Below are positions 31,248-41,010 of a stretch of 44,690 nt of DNA, piece by piece. How positions within the stretch are numbered: position 1 is the first letter of the stretch; the number at the start of each line of letters is the position of its first letter. Under the pieces are notes generated by a model. It saw only the letters and a program-made list of their open reading frames with translations. It did not search any database and was not told the DNA's origin. The position numbers and the translations under genes are program-made. This DNA comes from Candidatus Berkelbacteria bacterium CG_4_10_14_0_2_um_filter_35_9_33_12 (GTDB lineage Bacteria; Patescibacteriota; UBA1384; GWA2-35-9), in the NCBI GenBank assembly GCA_002793435.1, contig PFQF01000031.1:1-44690 (forward strand). Direction: 5' to 3'.

Positions 31248-32465
31248 ATGAAAATTATTGAGAACAAAAAAAGAACCGACAATACATTTGAATATAGTGT
31301 CACGGTTGAACCAAATGAATTAACCAAAAATTTCAATGAAATTTTCACTCTTTATTCTAAAAATGTTGAGATTAAGGGTTTTCGAACCGGAAAAGCGCCA
31401 AAATTAATGATTATTGAAAAATTGGGATCAAATTTTTTATCCTCTAAATTGCTCGATCATTCACTCCAAAAAAGTTATAGTAAAATTACTAAAAAAAAGA
31501 AAATTAAAACCGTCGCTCAACCTAAAATTTCAATCACTAAATGGGTTTTTGACGCCTTCTCAGAAAGTTCTGAAAATAATATTTTAGAATATAAACTCGA
31601 AATTGCCGTTTTCCCAAAATGTCAATTGAAAGATTACAAAAAATTAAAAATCGATAAAAAATTGTTTGAAAAAGTTGTGGTTACTGACCAAGAGGTTGAA
31701 ACGGTCATCGAACAGCTTCAAAAACAGAGGGCTCGCTACAATCCAGTTTCTAGAGTTTCAAAAATTAATGATATGCTTGAAATTAATTTTACCGGTAAAA
31801 TTAAAGGTATAGCACAAGAAAAAATGACTAGTTCTAATCATCCCCTAGTCTTGGGGTCAAAAAGTATGGTACCTGGCTTTGAGGAAAATCTAATTGGTCT
31901 AAAAAAAGATGCTAAGAAAAAATTTACAATTACTTTTCCTAAGGATTACTATACCTCAGAATTGAAAGATCAAAAAGTCGATTTTGAAGTTGAGATTTTG
32001 GAAGTTAAAGAGATTGAATTGCCAAAAGTTGATGATAAGTTTGCTTCAAATTTTGGACATGGGAGAATAGACAATTTGAAAAAAGCCATCAAGAAAAGTA
32101 TAAAAAATGAAAAAGAAGAGCAAAAAAATCATAAGATTGAAGCTAAAATCATAAATAATTTATTAAAAATATTCAAAGTTGCCATTAGTCCGATTATGCT
32201 TGATGAAGAACAACGGCGTTTGCTTGAACGATTAAAAGAACAAATTAGAAAGAAAGGTTTAGGTTTTGAAAATTATTTAAAAATGTCAGGTAAAAACGAA
32301 TCGGAATTAGAAAAAGAGTTTGGAAAACAAGCCCGGCAAAATATCGAAGTCGGATTGTTATTGGGTGAAATCGCCAAACGGGAAAATATTACCGACAAAT
32401 CGGAAGAAATCGGTCGAAAAACATTGGACAAATTGATTGACATAGTTAAAAAAAATAGTCTATGA
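31248..32465 (+). CDS. tig: trigger factor
   Basis: The track starts at TTG 31227. I prefer the ATG at 31248 (MKIIENKK...). The layout is ribosome-binding N domain (GFRTGKAP), FKBP-like middle and C-terminal arm, followed by clpP as usual. Confidence 0.85.
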   Translation: MKIIENKKRTDNTFEYSVTVEPNELTKNFNEIFTLYSKNVEIKGFRTGKAPKLMIIEKLGSNFLSSKLLDHSLQKSYSKITKKKKIKTVAQPKISITKWVFDAFSESSENNILEYKLEIAVFPKCQLKDYKKLKIDKKLFEKVVVTDQEVETVIEQLQKQRARYNPVSRVSKINDMLEINFTGKIKGIAQEKMTSSNHPLVLGSKSMVPGFEENLIGLKKDAKKKFTITFPKDYYTSELKDQKVDFEVEILEVKEIELPKVDDKFASNFGHGRIDNLKKAIKKSIKNEKEEQKNHKIEAKIINNLLKIFKVAISPIMLDEEQRRLLERLKEQIRKKGLGFENYLKMSGKNESELEKEFGKQARQNIEVGLLLGEIAKRENITDKSEEIGRKTLDKLIDIVKKNSL

Positions 32466-33055
32466 AAAAAATAAAAAACCAATTTTTAATTCCGACGGTT
32501 TTAGAAAAAACTCATTTGGGTGAACGATCATACGACATTTATTCACGACTTTTAAAAGACCGAATTATTTTTTTAGGTATTGAGATTGATGACGATTTAG
32601 CTAATTTGGTTATGGCACAAATTCTTTTTTTAGAAGCTGAAGATAAAGAAAAAGATATCCAGATGTATATTAATTCTCCGGGAGGATTAGTGACAGCTGG
32701 TTTAGCAATTTACGATACAATGCAGTTGGTTAAATGCGATGTTTCAACAATTTGTATCGGTCAAGCAGCTTCAGCTGCCGCTCTTTTATTAGCCGCCGGT
32801 CAAAAAAATAAACGTTTTATTTTACCTAATTCTCGAGTTATGATTCACCAAGTTATGGGCGGTTCGCAAGGTCAAGCAACTGATATTGAGATTCAAACCA
32901 AAGAACTATTGCGAGTTAAAAAACAGGTTAATGAAATTATGGCTCACCACACAAAAAAAAGCTTGTCTCAGATTGAAAAGGATACCGATCGAGATTATTT
33001 TCTCAGCGCTAGCGAAGCAGTTGAATATGGGGTTGTGGATAAAATCATCAAGTAA
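32462..33055 (+). CDS. clpP: ATP-dependent Clp protease proteolytic subunit
   Basis: Ser-His-Asp triad contexts [23 protein letters not shown]. The start overlaps the tig stop (ATGA). Confidence 0.9.
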   Translation: MKKIKNQFLIPTVLEKTHLGERSYDIYSRLLKDRIIFLGIEIDDDLANLVMAQILFLEAEDKEKDIQMYINSPGGLVTAGLAIYDTMQLVKCDVSTICIGQAASAAALLLAAGQKNKRFILPNSRVMIHQVMGGSQGQATDIEIQTKELLRVKKQVNEIMAHHTKKSLSQIEKDTDRDYFLSASEAVEYGVVDKIIK

Positions 33056-33077
33056 TAAATTGTGACAGATTTTTTTA

Positions 33078-33086
33078 TGGTATAAT
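33078..33086 (+). promoter_or_regulatory. extended -10 element TGgTATAAT upstream of the polysaccharide genes
   Basis: Read directly from the sequence. A TTGTGA-like -35 lies upstream. Confidence 0.35.
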
Positions 33087-33151
33087 TAATAACAGTAACT
33101 TGTCCTGGAGGGATAAGAACTTAATTGCAAATAATAAATAAGGAGGATGTT

Positions 33152-33967
33152 GTGCTGGAAATATTTTCAAGCCCAGTTCTTATGGTAATTTTAGTTATTA
33201 CTATATTAGTAATCATTGTGGCATTAATTCCTATATTTGAATTTATCAATCTCAAAAAAAATAAAATTGAAGCGGTTTCTTCAGAGACAAACTTCAAGGA
33301 ACCGATTAAGTCGCTCTTGGTTAAGAAAAATTACAAATCATCCGCTATACTCGAAATTGAATTTATTTTTGAATGGCTAGCAAAACTAGTTATTTTTGTA
33401 GTAGCATGCGTTGGTTTAACATACATAATTGTGATGCTTTTGGGTCCAAAATATGAAGCAACCTCAACTCTTTTTGTTGAGGTAAAATCGAATGAAAATA
33501 AAACTGCCGTTAGCGATATATTAGTTGCATCAAGCAAAGTCGCTTCTAATATCGCCGAAATAGTTAAGAAAGGAGAGGTAGTTGACGAAGTGATTAAATC
33601 TTCAACCATAAAAACCTACACTCGAAAACAACTAACCTCTAACTTAAGAGCTAATACGATCAGAGATACTCAATTGATAGAAATCTCGGTTCAAAATACC
33701 GATGCCTCTGAAGCTCAAAGGTTAGCCAATATTTTCGCCTACACAACAATCAAAAAGTACAAAGATTTATTGGACGAAATGAACGGTGGATCGTACGCTG
33801 AAGTCAAAGTTATCCAGCAAGCTGAACTGCCAACTGAAACAACATTTCCGTCTGTTAAACAAGCAATCATTTTGAGTGCAATTCTTGGAACAATCATCGG
33901 CATTGGTGCGTTATTAATAATTGATTTAGAAAAAAAGGCAAAGTCAACTCGATCTTGGAATAATTGA
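33152..33967 (+). CDS. Wzz/CpsC-like polysaccharide chain-length determinant protein
   Basis: I prefer the GTG at 33152, 5 nt after AGGAGG. The pattern is TM, then GPKYEATSTLFV, a soluble domain (IRDTQLIEISVQNTDASEAQRLAN) and a C-terminal TM. Confidence 0.6.
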   Translation: MLEIFSSPVLMVILVITILVIIVALIPIFEFINLKKNKIEAVSSETNFKEPIKSLLVKKNYKSSAILEIEFIFEWLAKLVIFVVACVGLTYIIVMLLGPKYEATSTLFVEVKSNENKTAVSDILVASSKVASNIAEIVKKGEVVDEVIKSSTIKTYTRKQLTSNLRANTIRDTQLIEISVQNTDASEAQRLANIFAYTTIKKYKDLLDEMNGGSYAEVKVIQQAELPTETTFPSVKQAIILSAILGTIIGIGALLIIDLEKKAKSTRSWNN

Positions 33968-33977
33968 AACTATCAAT

Positions 33978-35483
33978 ATGGGTTTTTTTATAAGAATCAA
34001 GAATTCAAACTATAGGTTTTTTGTATTGTTATTAGCGTTGTTGCTACTCCAATCAATTATATTTGGAAGTATTTATTTACTCAAAGGATTGCCCTACCAA
34101 TTAATATTAAGTGTTATTTTTACCACAACCGTTTGTCTTACACCCTTAGTTTTTTCATTAATTAAATCGAAGGATCTCCTTGCACCTCCCGTTGGGGTTG
34201 GATTTATGATCTTTTTTTTCTATGTTCCTTCAGCAATTTATGGTTGGCATTACCAAGATAAAATCATTTCAAGTGTCGGTGATTATTTAGACGATGCAGT
34301 TCTGTTAGCAGGTATCGGGTTTTTGATGATTTTATTAGGTTACAATTATTTTGGGTTAATACACAAACACCTCAAGCATCGCTTAATCTCTGTTTGGGAA
34401 CCAAATCGTGCAATTTTTATTTCAATATTTTTATATTTAATCGGTTTCGCCTTGAGAATAAATTATTTCTCATCGATTTCTAACATTGGTGGATTGTTTA
34501 ATAATTCTGCTAAAGTTGTTTATACTTCGGGCGATACACAACTAATTGGTTTTTTACTTAATTTACCTTTTATTGCCTTATTAATGTACACTATTTCTTA
34601 CTTTAAGCTTGAAAAAAATAATCGCTATAAATTATTAGTTGGTCTTGGGTTAGCTCTATTGATAATTCTTGAAATAGTAATGGCATTTCCAACCTCAAGA
34701 AGATGGTATATTTTTCAAACTTTAGTTTATGTTTTTGTTCCAATCTATTATCTTTACAAAAAATTCTCTAGCCAATCAATAATAATTGGCATGACTTTGT
34801 TTTCACTTTTTATCATTCTTTTCTTTCCTCTTATGAACATTCATCGTCAAAGTGTAATTGAACAATATCAAAAAAACAGTAATTTAGGATTATTCGACGC
34901 AAAGACATTAAGCCTGACAAAACAGGAGATCACTAAATTAATTAAAGAAAAATCTTATTTAAATTTTATCTATGAAGAACAGATGAGGAGATATGATCAA
35001 TCATCAGTTTTGGGAGCAATTATTTCAGATACTCCTGAACAAATGCCATTTCAGAATGGGAAAACCATCTTTCCTGGTTTGATTGGAGCATTGATTCCTC
35101 GCTTTATTTGGGCAGATAAACCAACTATGTTTGACCAAAATATGTTTGGTTGGCGTTATGGTTTTATTGCCCCAAATGATGATAATACAACCGTTCTTTT
35201 TTCTTACATTGGCGAACTCTATCTTAATTTTGCATGGCTTGGAGTTATCATAGGCATGTTTATCTATGGAATCTTTTTCCGTTATGTCTATGAGTTATGC
35301 ATAGGGGGAGAAAATTCTTTTGTACAGAGTAGTTTGGGAATTTTTATTTATACACTTTTTTGGACACAAATCGTTCACATTGAAGGTCTATTTATTCCAG
35401 CGTTGGGAGGCACAATCCAAACTCTAATACTTCTTTTGCCAATTTTACTATTCATTAATAACAGAAATAAAGTAATTACATAA
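33978..35483 (+). CDS. polytopic membrane protein, O-antigen polymerase (Wzy)-like
   Basis: About 10-12 TM helices with one larger loop. Located inside a glycan locus next to the Wzz-like gene. Assigned by context, not by a motif. Confidence 0.5.
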   Translation: MGFFIRIKNSNYRFFVLLLALLLLQSIIFGSIYLLKGLPYQLILSVIFTTTVCLTPLVFSLIKSKDLLAPPVGVGFMIFFFYVPSAIYGWHYQDKIISSVGDYLDDAVLLAGIGFLMILLGYNYFGLIHKHLKHRLISVWEPNRAIFISIFLYLIGFALRINYFSSISNIGGLFNNSAKVVYTSGDTQLIGFLLNLPFIALLMYTISYFKLEKNNRYKLLVGLGLALLIILEIVMAFPTSRRWYIFQTLVYVFVPIYYLYKKFSSQSIIIGMTLFSLFIILFFPLMNIHRQSVIEQYQKNSNLGLFDAKTLSLTKQEITKLIKEKSYLNFIYEEQMRRYDQSSVLGAIISDTPEQMPFQNGKTIFPGLIGALIPRFIWADKPTMFDQNMFGWRYGFIAPNDDNTTVLFSYIGELYLNFAWLGVIIGMFIYGIFFRYVYELCIGGENSFVQSSLGIFIYTLFWTQIVHIEGLFIPALGGTIQTLILLLPILLFINNRNKVIT

Positions 35484-35486
35484 TTT

Positions 35487-36241
35487 TTAGTACCACTTAA
35501 AAATCTTAAACTGTCTTATTTTTAAGAGCGGTTTTCGAACCATTATGAATAGATCGATTTTTAGGTTATTTAACTGCCAGGCTTTGTACGACTCATAGTT
35601 ACTAACAATATGACTCATCAAGTTTCGTGTGCTAACTCCGCCGTATCTCATTTTTACTAGCACTTTTGAAACATTTAAATATTGATATTTTTTGGAGAAG
35701 AAGAGTCTGAGAACAAATTCGTAATCAGAAGCTAAAGACATATCAATTCGAAATTTACCAATTTGTTGATAAACTTGTCTTTTTACAAACAAAGTTGGGT
35801 GAGGTGGGTGATAGCCAATTTTTAAATCGTTTAACGAATATCTTCTCGTTTTCCAAGACCGAATTATTTTTTCAAATTTTATATCATACATTTCAAGTTG
35901 GCTGTAAAAAAAATCAATTTTATTTTGTGCAAATGTTTTATTTATTAAACTTAAAACATTTTTATCAGCAAAAATATCATCTGAATTTAGTATTACAATT
36001 ATTTCTCCTTTAGCCAGTTCAATGCCTTTGTTCATAGCATCGTAAATACCATAATCTTTTTTAGTATAGATTTTTAATTTATCCAACTTTAAACTTTTTA
36101 AAAGCTCGATCGTACCATCGATCGAACCACCATCAATAATTATATGTTCATAATTTTTTAAGTTTGATTATAAACCAATCGAATACAGTCTTCGATATAT
36201 TTTTTATTATTTAATACGACCGTGATAATTGAAATTTTCAT
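35487..36241 (-). pseudogene. family 2 glycosyltransferase interrupted by a frameshift at an A6 tract
   Basis: ATG 36241 encodes MKISIITVVLNNKKYIEDCIRLVYNQT*, stopping at 36160-36158. In the -1 frame it continues KNYEHIIIDGGSIDGTIELLKS...DKLKIYTKKDYGIYDAMNKG...NSDD to 35487. The two frames meet at TTTTTT 36154-36159. Confidence 0.7.
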
Positions 36242-36294
36242 AGTAATTTCAACATATCATAAACAATTAAATAGTCCAGAATTTATTTGAATAA

Positions 36295-36831
36295 TTATCT
36301 TTTTTTATATTTTTTAGCCGGGTTACCTTGATAAATATAGTTTGATTCTAAATCATTTTTTGCAACTGACCCAAGTGATAAAATGCTTCCTTGCTTACAC
36401 CTCACACCCGGTGCAATAATTGATTTAGCGCCTAGCCATACTCCATCTTCTATAACTATTTTTTTATTTACTAAATCAAAACTCTCTTTACGGTAATCAT
36501 GTCCTGCTGAAACCAAATAAACTCCTTGACTTACGCACACATTTTTCCCAATAATTATTTTGTCAATATTATCGATCCAAACACCCTCACCTATCCATGA
36601 ATTATCTCCGATTTCCAATTCCCATGGTTGTTTAATATTTATATTTGGCTTTATGACTATATTTTTCCCAACCTTTGCTCCAAATAATTTTAATAAATTA
36701 ATTTTAAATTGATAATTAGTAAATATTGGTGATTTAAAAAATAATATATTTAAACAATGCCAACCTATACGAATAAAAATATTTATTCGGTTTTTTGTAG
36801 GTCTAAATTTATTTAGTTTTTGTAAATTCAA
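36295..36831 (-). CDS. hexapeptide-repeat (LbH) O-acetyltransferase, WcaF-like
   Basis: Left-handed beta-helix repeats (IGDNSWIGEGVWIDN, IGKNVCVSQGVYL, IEDGVWLGAKSII). Confidence 0.75.
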   Translation of the reverse strand: MNLQKLNKFRPTKNRINIFIRIGWHCLNILFFKSPIFTNYQFKINLLKLFGAKVGKNIVIKPNINIKQPWELEIGDNSWIGEGVWIDNIDKIIIGKNVCVSQGVYLVSAGHDYRKESFDLVNKKIVIEDGVWLGAKSIIAPGVRCKQGSILSLGSVAKNDLESNYIYQGNPAKKYKKR

Positions 36832-37757
36832 ATTTGATAATTATATAATATTTTAACTACCTTAATTATGCCAACACGATGTTTTTCTTGATATTTTTTT
36901 ATTTCATAAATTTTACTATCAACTAAAAAACGGTACCAAAAACACTGTAAAAAATGAAACTGCAAACCGACTAAACCGTCTAGAAATCCCAACAGAATTA
37001 AATAGCGATAAAAATAATAACAATAAACCCGTAGAAACAAAGGTGCCCGATTGTATAAGCGATTTTTTAACCATCTCCGCTTTTGATCCTGCTGGCTACC
37101 ACCATATCTAGTTTGTTCCGGTTTTTTAATATTAAGTAAATAATCAACTGCTTCTCTAGTTGCATACCAATCGTGTTTTTGCGTCCAAAAAGACAAACTA
37201 TTTAGATTATAATCAACAATATCTTTTTTCACACGCATTGTAGTTCCATCTAATATTTTTATATGTTCGTCCATATGGCGAGTTTCACAAACAGCTTTTT
37301 GATAACGGAATAATCTTAATAACCAAGTCGGGTAAAAGCCACCAAAACGAATCCATTGATTTCTAAATATGACTTTTCGTCTAAAATATATTCCATTAAC
37401 ATCTTGATTAATTTTTAATAAATTATTTTTTAAATATTTAACTAATTTATTTTCTAAATATTCGTCAGCATCAAGCCTCAGTACCCATTCGGTTTTTATC
37501 GGACAATTTTTTAACGCCCAATTAAATTGGGTAGCATAATTTTCAAATTTTTGCTGAAATATTTTAATTTTTTTATACTTCCTAGCTATTGCAAGTGTTT
37601 CATCGTTTGAATATGAATCAATAATAAAAACTTGTTCAACTACAAAAGCAATTTTATCTAAAAATCTTTTGATATGAAGTTCTTCATTTTTGGTTAATAC
37701 AATAACTGTTATTGGTAAATTCATATTTTTTTGATTACTATTAGCATTGATTTCCAT
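36828..37757 (-). CDS. family 2 glycosyltransferase
   Basis: ITVIVLTKNEE..., SNDET, and DADEY (DxD). Confidence 0.75.
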   Translation of the reverse strand: MEINANSNQKNMNLPITVIVLTKNEELHIKRFLDKIAFVVEQVFIIDSYSNDETLAIARKYKKIKIFQQKFENYATQFNWALKNCPIKTEWVLRLDADEYLENKLVKYLKNNLLKINQDVNGIYFRRKVIFRNQWIRFGGFYPTWLLRLFRYQKAVCETRHMDEHIKILDGTTMRVKKDIVDYNLNSLSFWTQKHDWYATREAVDYLLNIKKPEQTRYGGSQQDQKRRWLKNRLYNRAPLFLRVYCYYFYRYLILLGFLDGLVGLQFHFLQCFWYRFLVDSKIYEIKKYQEKHRVGIIKVVKILYNYQI

Positions 37758-38329
37758 AAATACGGCAATCTACCAACGCCGATAAACTGTACAATTTTAA
37801 GATTGTTATTTAGAAGCATTTTATTAATGACTGGAAAAGAAAAAAATCGAATGTGCCCATTTTTAATATCGGAATGAAAATGTTTATCCCACAGATTGAA
37901 TATCGTAATTACCAAATTTTTTAAATAACCGTGGTATGGGGTTGATAAAATAATAATGCCATTTTTTTTCAATAATCTGTTTATATTTGTCAAATATTTA
38001 TCAATCTCAAAAATATGTTCAATAACTTCAGTACTAATAATCAAATCGAACTTTCCCTTTTTCCATTTAAATAATTTATTGTCGGTTATGTCGCTAATCA
38101 ATAAGTTCTGATAATACTTGTAATATTTTTTTGGTGTTGTTCTTGGTATTTGCGGATTGATATCAATCCCATCAATATTACCATATCCTAAATTAATCAA
38201 TTTAGTAACAATATAACTATTTCCGCAACCAAAATCTATTATTCTAGCATTATTAGAAATATTATATTTTTTTAATATTTTTATTATTTTAGGAAGAATT
38301 ATATTATTGGCTTCAGTTGGTTTAACCAT
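37721..38329 (-). CDS. class I SAM-dependent methyltransferase
   Basis: Motif I IIDFGCGNS, motif II DLIISTEVIEH, post-II GIIILSTP. Confidence 0.7.
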   Translation of the reverse strand: MVKPTEANNIILPKIIKILKKYNISNNARIIDFGCGNSYIVTKLINLGYGNIDGIDINPQIPRTTPKKYYKYYQNLLISDITDNKLFKWKKGKFDLIISTEVIEHIFEIDKYLTNINRLLKKNGIIILSTPYHGYLKNLVITIFNLWDKHFHSDIKNGHIRFFSFPVINKMLLNNNLKIVQFIGVGRLPYLWKSMLIVIKKI

Positions 38330-38333
38330 AATA

Positions 38334-39428
38334 TTATTTAATAATCTTAGCGTATAATTTATTTATTTTTTGAGCAACTATTTTTGCCTCAAATTTTTCT
38401 GCTACTAATTTTTTTCCATTATTTTGATATCTAGTATAATTATTTTCTATTATTTCGACCGCTTGTATTAAACTATATTTTTCTGGATTAATTATGACCC
38501 CACAATTATATTTTTTTACATATTCGCTTATTCCAGCTTTACTGCTAACAATTACCGGAGTTTTTAACACCATAGACTCAGCGATTGAATTACCAAAGTT
38601 TTCGTTCACTATTGATGGTAAAATCGTACAAAAAGATCGACAAATTAATTTGTTTTTATTTTTTTGGTTTTGATTTTTTAAAAACTTAATTCGTTTATCC
38701 TTTTTAAATAATTTTCTTATTTTTTGATAATATTTCTGGTCCTCTATTTCTCCAGCGATTATTAATTGATAACCTAATTTAGTATGGGTAAACCGATTAA
38801 TCAATTCTGCGATCCCTTTATTATTGGCAATTCTCCCTAAATAAAGAATAATTTTTTCTTTCTTAAACTGACCAACATCTCTTTTTACTTCTATTGGGTT
38901 AGCAATTACTAATCCATTTTTTGGACAAATTATTTTACTAATATTTCTTTTTTCAAAATTACTACTATAGATAATTGCATTTGCTCTATCAATTAATTTA
39001 CGGATTAATATCAAATAAATATTTTTAATAATTTTTTTCCGGTTATTTATAGCATTTTTATCCAATGAACCCTTAGGATAAATTACATACGGTTTTTTAT
39101 ATATACGACAGAGTAGAGCACTAATAATAAAATGAAAATTCCAAATTGAATTAATTTGGATTAAATCATATTTATAAATATTTTTTATTAAATAAATTAT
39201 TAATTTGGGAGAAAAAGTAAAATTCTCATTGAAATAGAATGGTAAATAATTAACTTTAATCTTATCAATCAAATGTTTATTTTTTTCATTATTTGTTCCG
39301 GCTTGGGTGGTGATTACTTCAATATAATTTTTTTTTGACAAGTGTTGATTAATGATTTTCATTGAAAATATCGGACCGCCAAATTTAGTAGCAGGAAAAT
39401 AACTTGGAGTAATATGTAATATTTTCAT
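38334..39428 (-). CDS. family 4 (GT-B, group 1) glycosyltransferase
   Basis: C-terminal EX7E region NENFGNSIAESM, with YLGRI...KG upstream. Confidence 0.75.
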   Translation of the reverse strand: MKILHITPSYFPATKFGGPIFSMKIINQHLSKKNYIEVITTQAGTNNEKNKHLIDKIKVNYLPFYFNENFTFSPKLIIYLIKNIYKYDLIQINSIWNFHFIISALLCRIYKKPYVIYPKGSLDKNAINNRKKIIKNIYLILIRKLIDRANAIIYSSNFEKRNISKIICPKNGLVIANPIEVKRDVGQFKKEKIILYLGRIANNKGIAELINRFTHTKLGYQLIIAGEIEDQKYYQKIRKLFKKDKRIKFLKNQNQKNKNKLICRSFCTILPSIVNENFGNSIAESMVLKTPVIVSSKAGISEYVKKYNCGVIINPEKYSLIQAVEIIENNYTRYQNNGKKLVAEKFEAKIVAQKINKLYAKIIK

Positions 39429-39504
39429 TTATTCATTTATTTTGTTTTCTATGATCAGTTTACTTGAATAATATTTAAAATCAAAATTGTGATACAATCG
39501 TTTT

Positions 39505-40395
39505 ATGCCAGAGTTACCAGAAGTTGAAACTATTGTCCGAGGATTAAATCAAGCAATTATTGGACGCAAAATAAAATCAATTGATATTTTGGTTGATAAA
39601 CTTTTTATTGGAAATAAAAATTCAGTGATAAATTCAAAAATAATTGAAGTTAAGCGTTTGGGAAAGACAATCTTAATATATTTTGAAAATAATTATCTTT
39701 TGCATATCCATTTAAAAATGACAGGACAACTGATTTTTGTAAACAAAAATCAGCAATTTAAAATTAAAAATTTAAAATTAAAAATTCCACCGACAATTAA
39801 AATTGTCGGTGGTGGTCATCCAGATAAAAAATATGATCAACCTTTACCACATAAATATACACATATCATTATTAAGTTTACTGATGAGTCAACTCTCTTC
39901 TATAATGATTTAAGAAAGTTTGGATGGATGAAAATTCTAGATTCTAGAATCAAGAATCTAGAATCTAGATTTGGAATTGATGCGTTGTCGGAGAAATTAA
40001 ACTCTAACTACTTGTCTAGCAAATTATCAAAAAGAAATATAACCACTAAACAAGCATTGCTAGATCAATCAATTATTTCTGGGATTGGCAATATTTATAG
40101 TGATGAGATATTATTTTGCGCTAGAATTTTACCTGATAAAAAAGTTGGGAAATTAAAACCAAGTGAAATAAATAATATTGTAAATTTTATTCCAATTGTA
40201 TTAAACAAATCGATAGATTTAGGTGGTACATCCCGATCTGATTATTTAAAAATTGATGGTAGCCGGGGCAACTATCTAAAGTATGCATATGTTTACGGAA
40301 GAGAAAACGAAAAGTGTCGAGTTTGTAATACAAAAATAAAAAGAATTAAAATTGGACAACGCTCCAGCCATTTTTGTACAAATTGTCAAAAATAA
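39505..40395 (+). CDS. mutM: formamidopyrimidine-DNA glycosylase
   Basis: MPELPEVE N terminus, H2TH motif (GIGNIYSDEILF), and C-terminal zinc finger CRVCNT...CTNCQ. Confidence 0.85.
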   Translation: MPELPEVETIVRGLNQAIIGRKIKSIDILVDKLFIGNKNSVINSKIIEVKRLGKTILIYFENNYLLHIHLKMTGQLIFVNKNQQFKIKNLKLKIPPTIKIVGGGHPDKKYDQPLPHKYTHIIIKFTDESTLFYNDLRKFGWMKILDSRIKNLESRFGIDALSEKLNSNYLSSKLSKRNITTKQALLDQSIISGIGNIYSDEILFCARILPDKKVGKLKPSEINNIVNFIPIVLNKSIDLGGTSRSDYLKIDGSRGNYLKYAYVYGRENEKCRVCNTKIKRIKIGQRSSHFCTNCQK

Positions 40396-40410
40396 TTATT
40401 AAAAATTATT

Positions 40411-41010
40411 ATGTCAAGCAAAATATTAAGAGGAACTGGGTTTGTTCTAATGAGAAAAAAGATCGGCGAAGCCGATCGTTTAGCGACTATTTTTTCTAAA
40501 GAGTTCGGTAAAATCATAGTCTTGGCAAAAAGCGCCAGAAAGTTGAAGGCGAAAAATATTGGCAAACTCGAACCATATTATCTAATTGACTTTCAATTTA
40601 TCCGTGGCAAATCATTTAATATCTTAACCAGTGTCAATATTAATAAATCTTATACTTTTTACAACCAAAAAGAAGCTAAAATTATTCTTCAAACCATTTT
40701 TAATTTTACCCCAGAAGAACAATCTGACCCGAAAATATATTGGTTAATTGACGAGTCTTTTCACCTCCTACATCAAAAAAGAATGAATATTCTTCCCTAC
40801 TTTAAATTAAAGTTTTGGTTTCTCGAGGGACTGATTGACGCTCACCAATTGCTTAAAAGTAAGCAAAAACTAGACCAACTCTTTTCCCAAATTATCAACC
40901 ATAATCTAAATTATTACTTAAATTTAATTGAAACAACTAACGACCAAAACCAAATCAATCGCTTGGAGAAAGCGGTTGATTTGTTCGAAAACAGACTCAA
41001 ACCTAATTAG
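40411..41010 (+). CDS. recO: DNA repair protein RecO (short form)
   Basis: N-terminal OB-fold pattern GFVLMRKKIGEADRLATIFSKEFGKIIVLAKSARK. Confidence 0.75.
   Translation: MSSKILRGTGFVLMRKKIGEADRLATIFSKEFGKIIVLAKSARKLKAKNIGKLEPYYLIDFQFIRGKSFNILTSVNINKSYTFYNQKEAKIILQTIFNFTPEEQSDPKIYWLIDESFHLLHQKRMNILPYFKLKFWFLEGLIDAHQLLKSKQKLDQLFSQIINHNLNYYLNLIETTNDQNQINRLEKAVDLFENRLKPN

Noticed and set aside
39934-39968. Five tandem heptamers (attctag attctag aatcaag aatctag aatctag) giving four TCTAGA sites inside mutM
   Set aside because: The stretch is in frame and encodes a plausible linker (ILDSRIKNLESRF) at the position where Fpg proteins have a variable loop. There are only 2+2 perfect units. It is probably a local duplication of no regulatory meaning.
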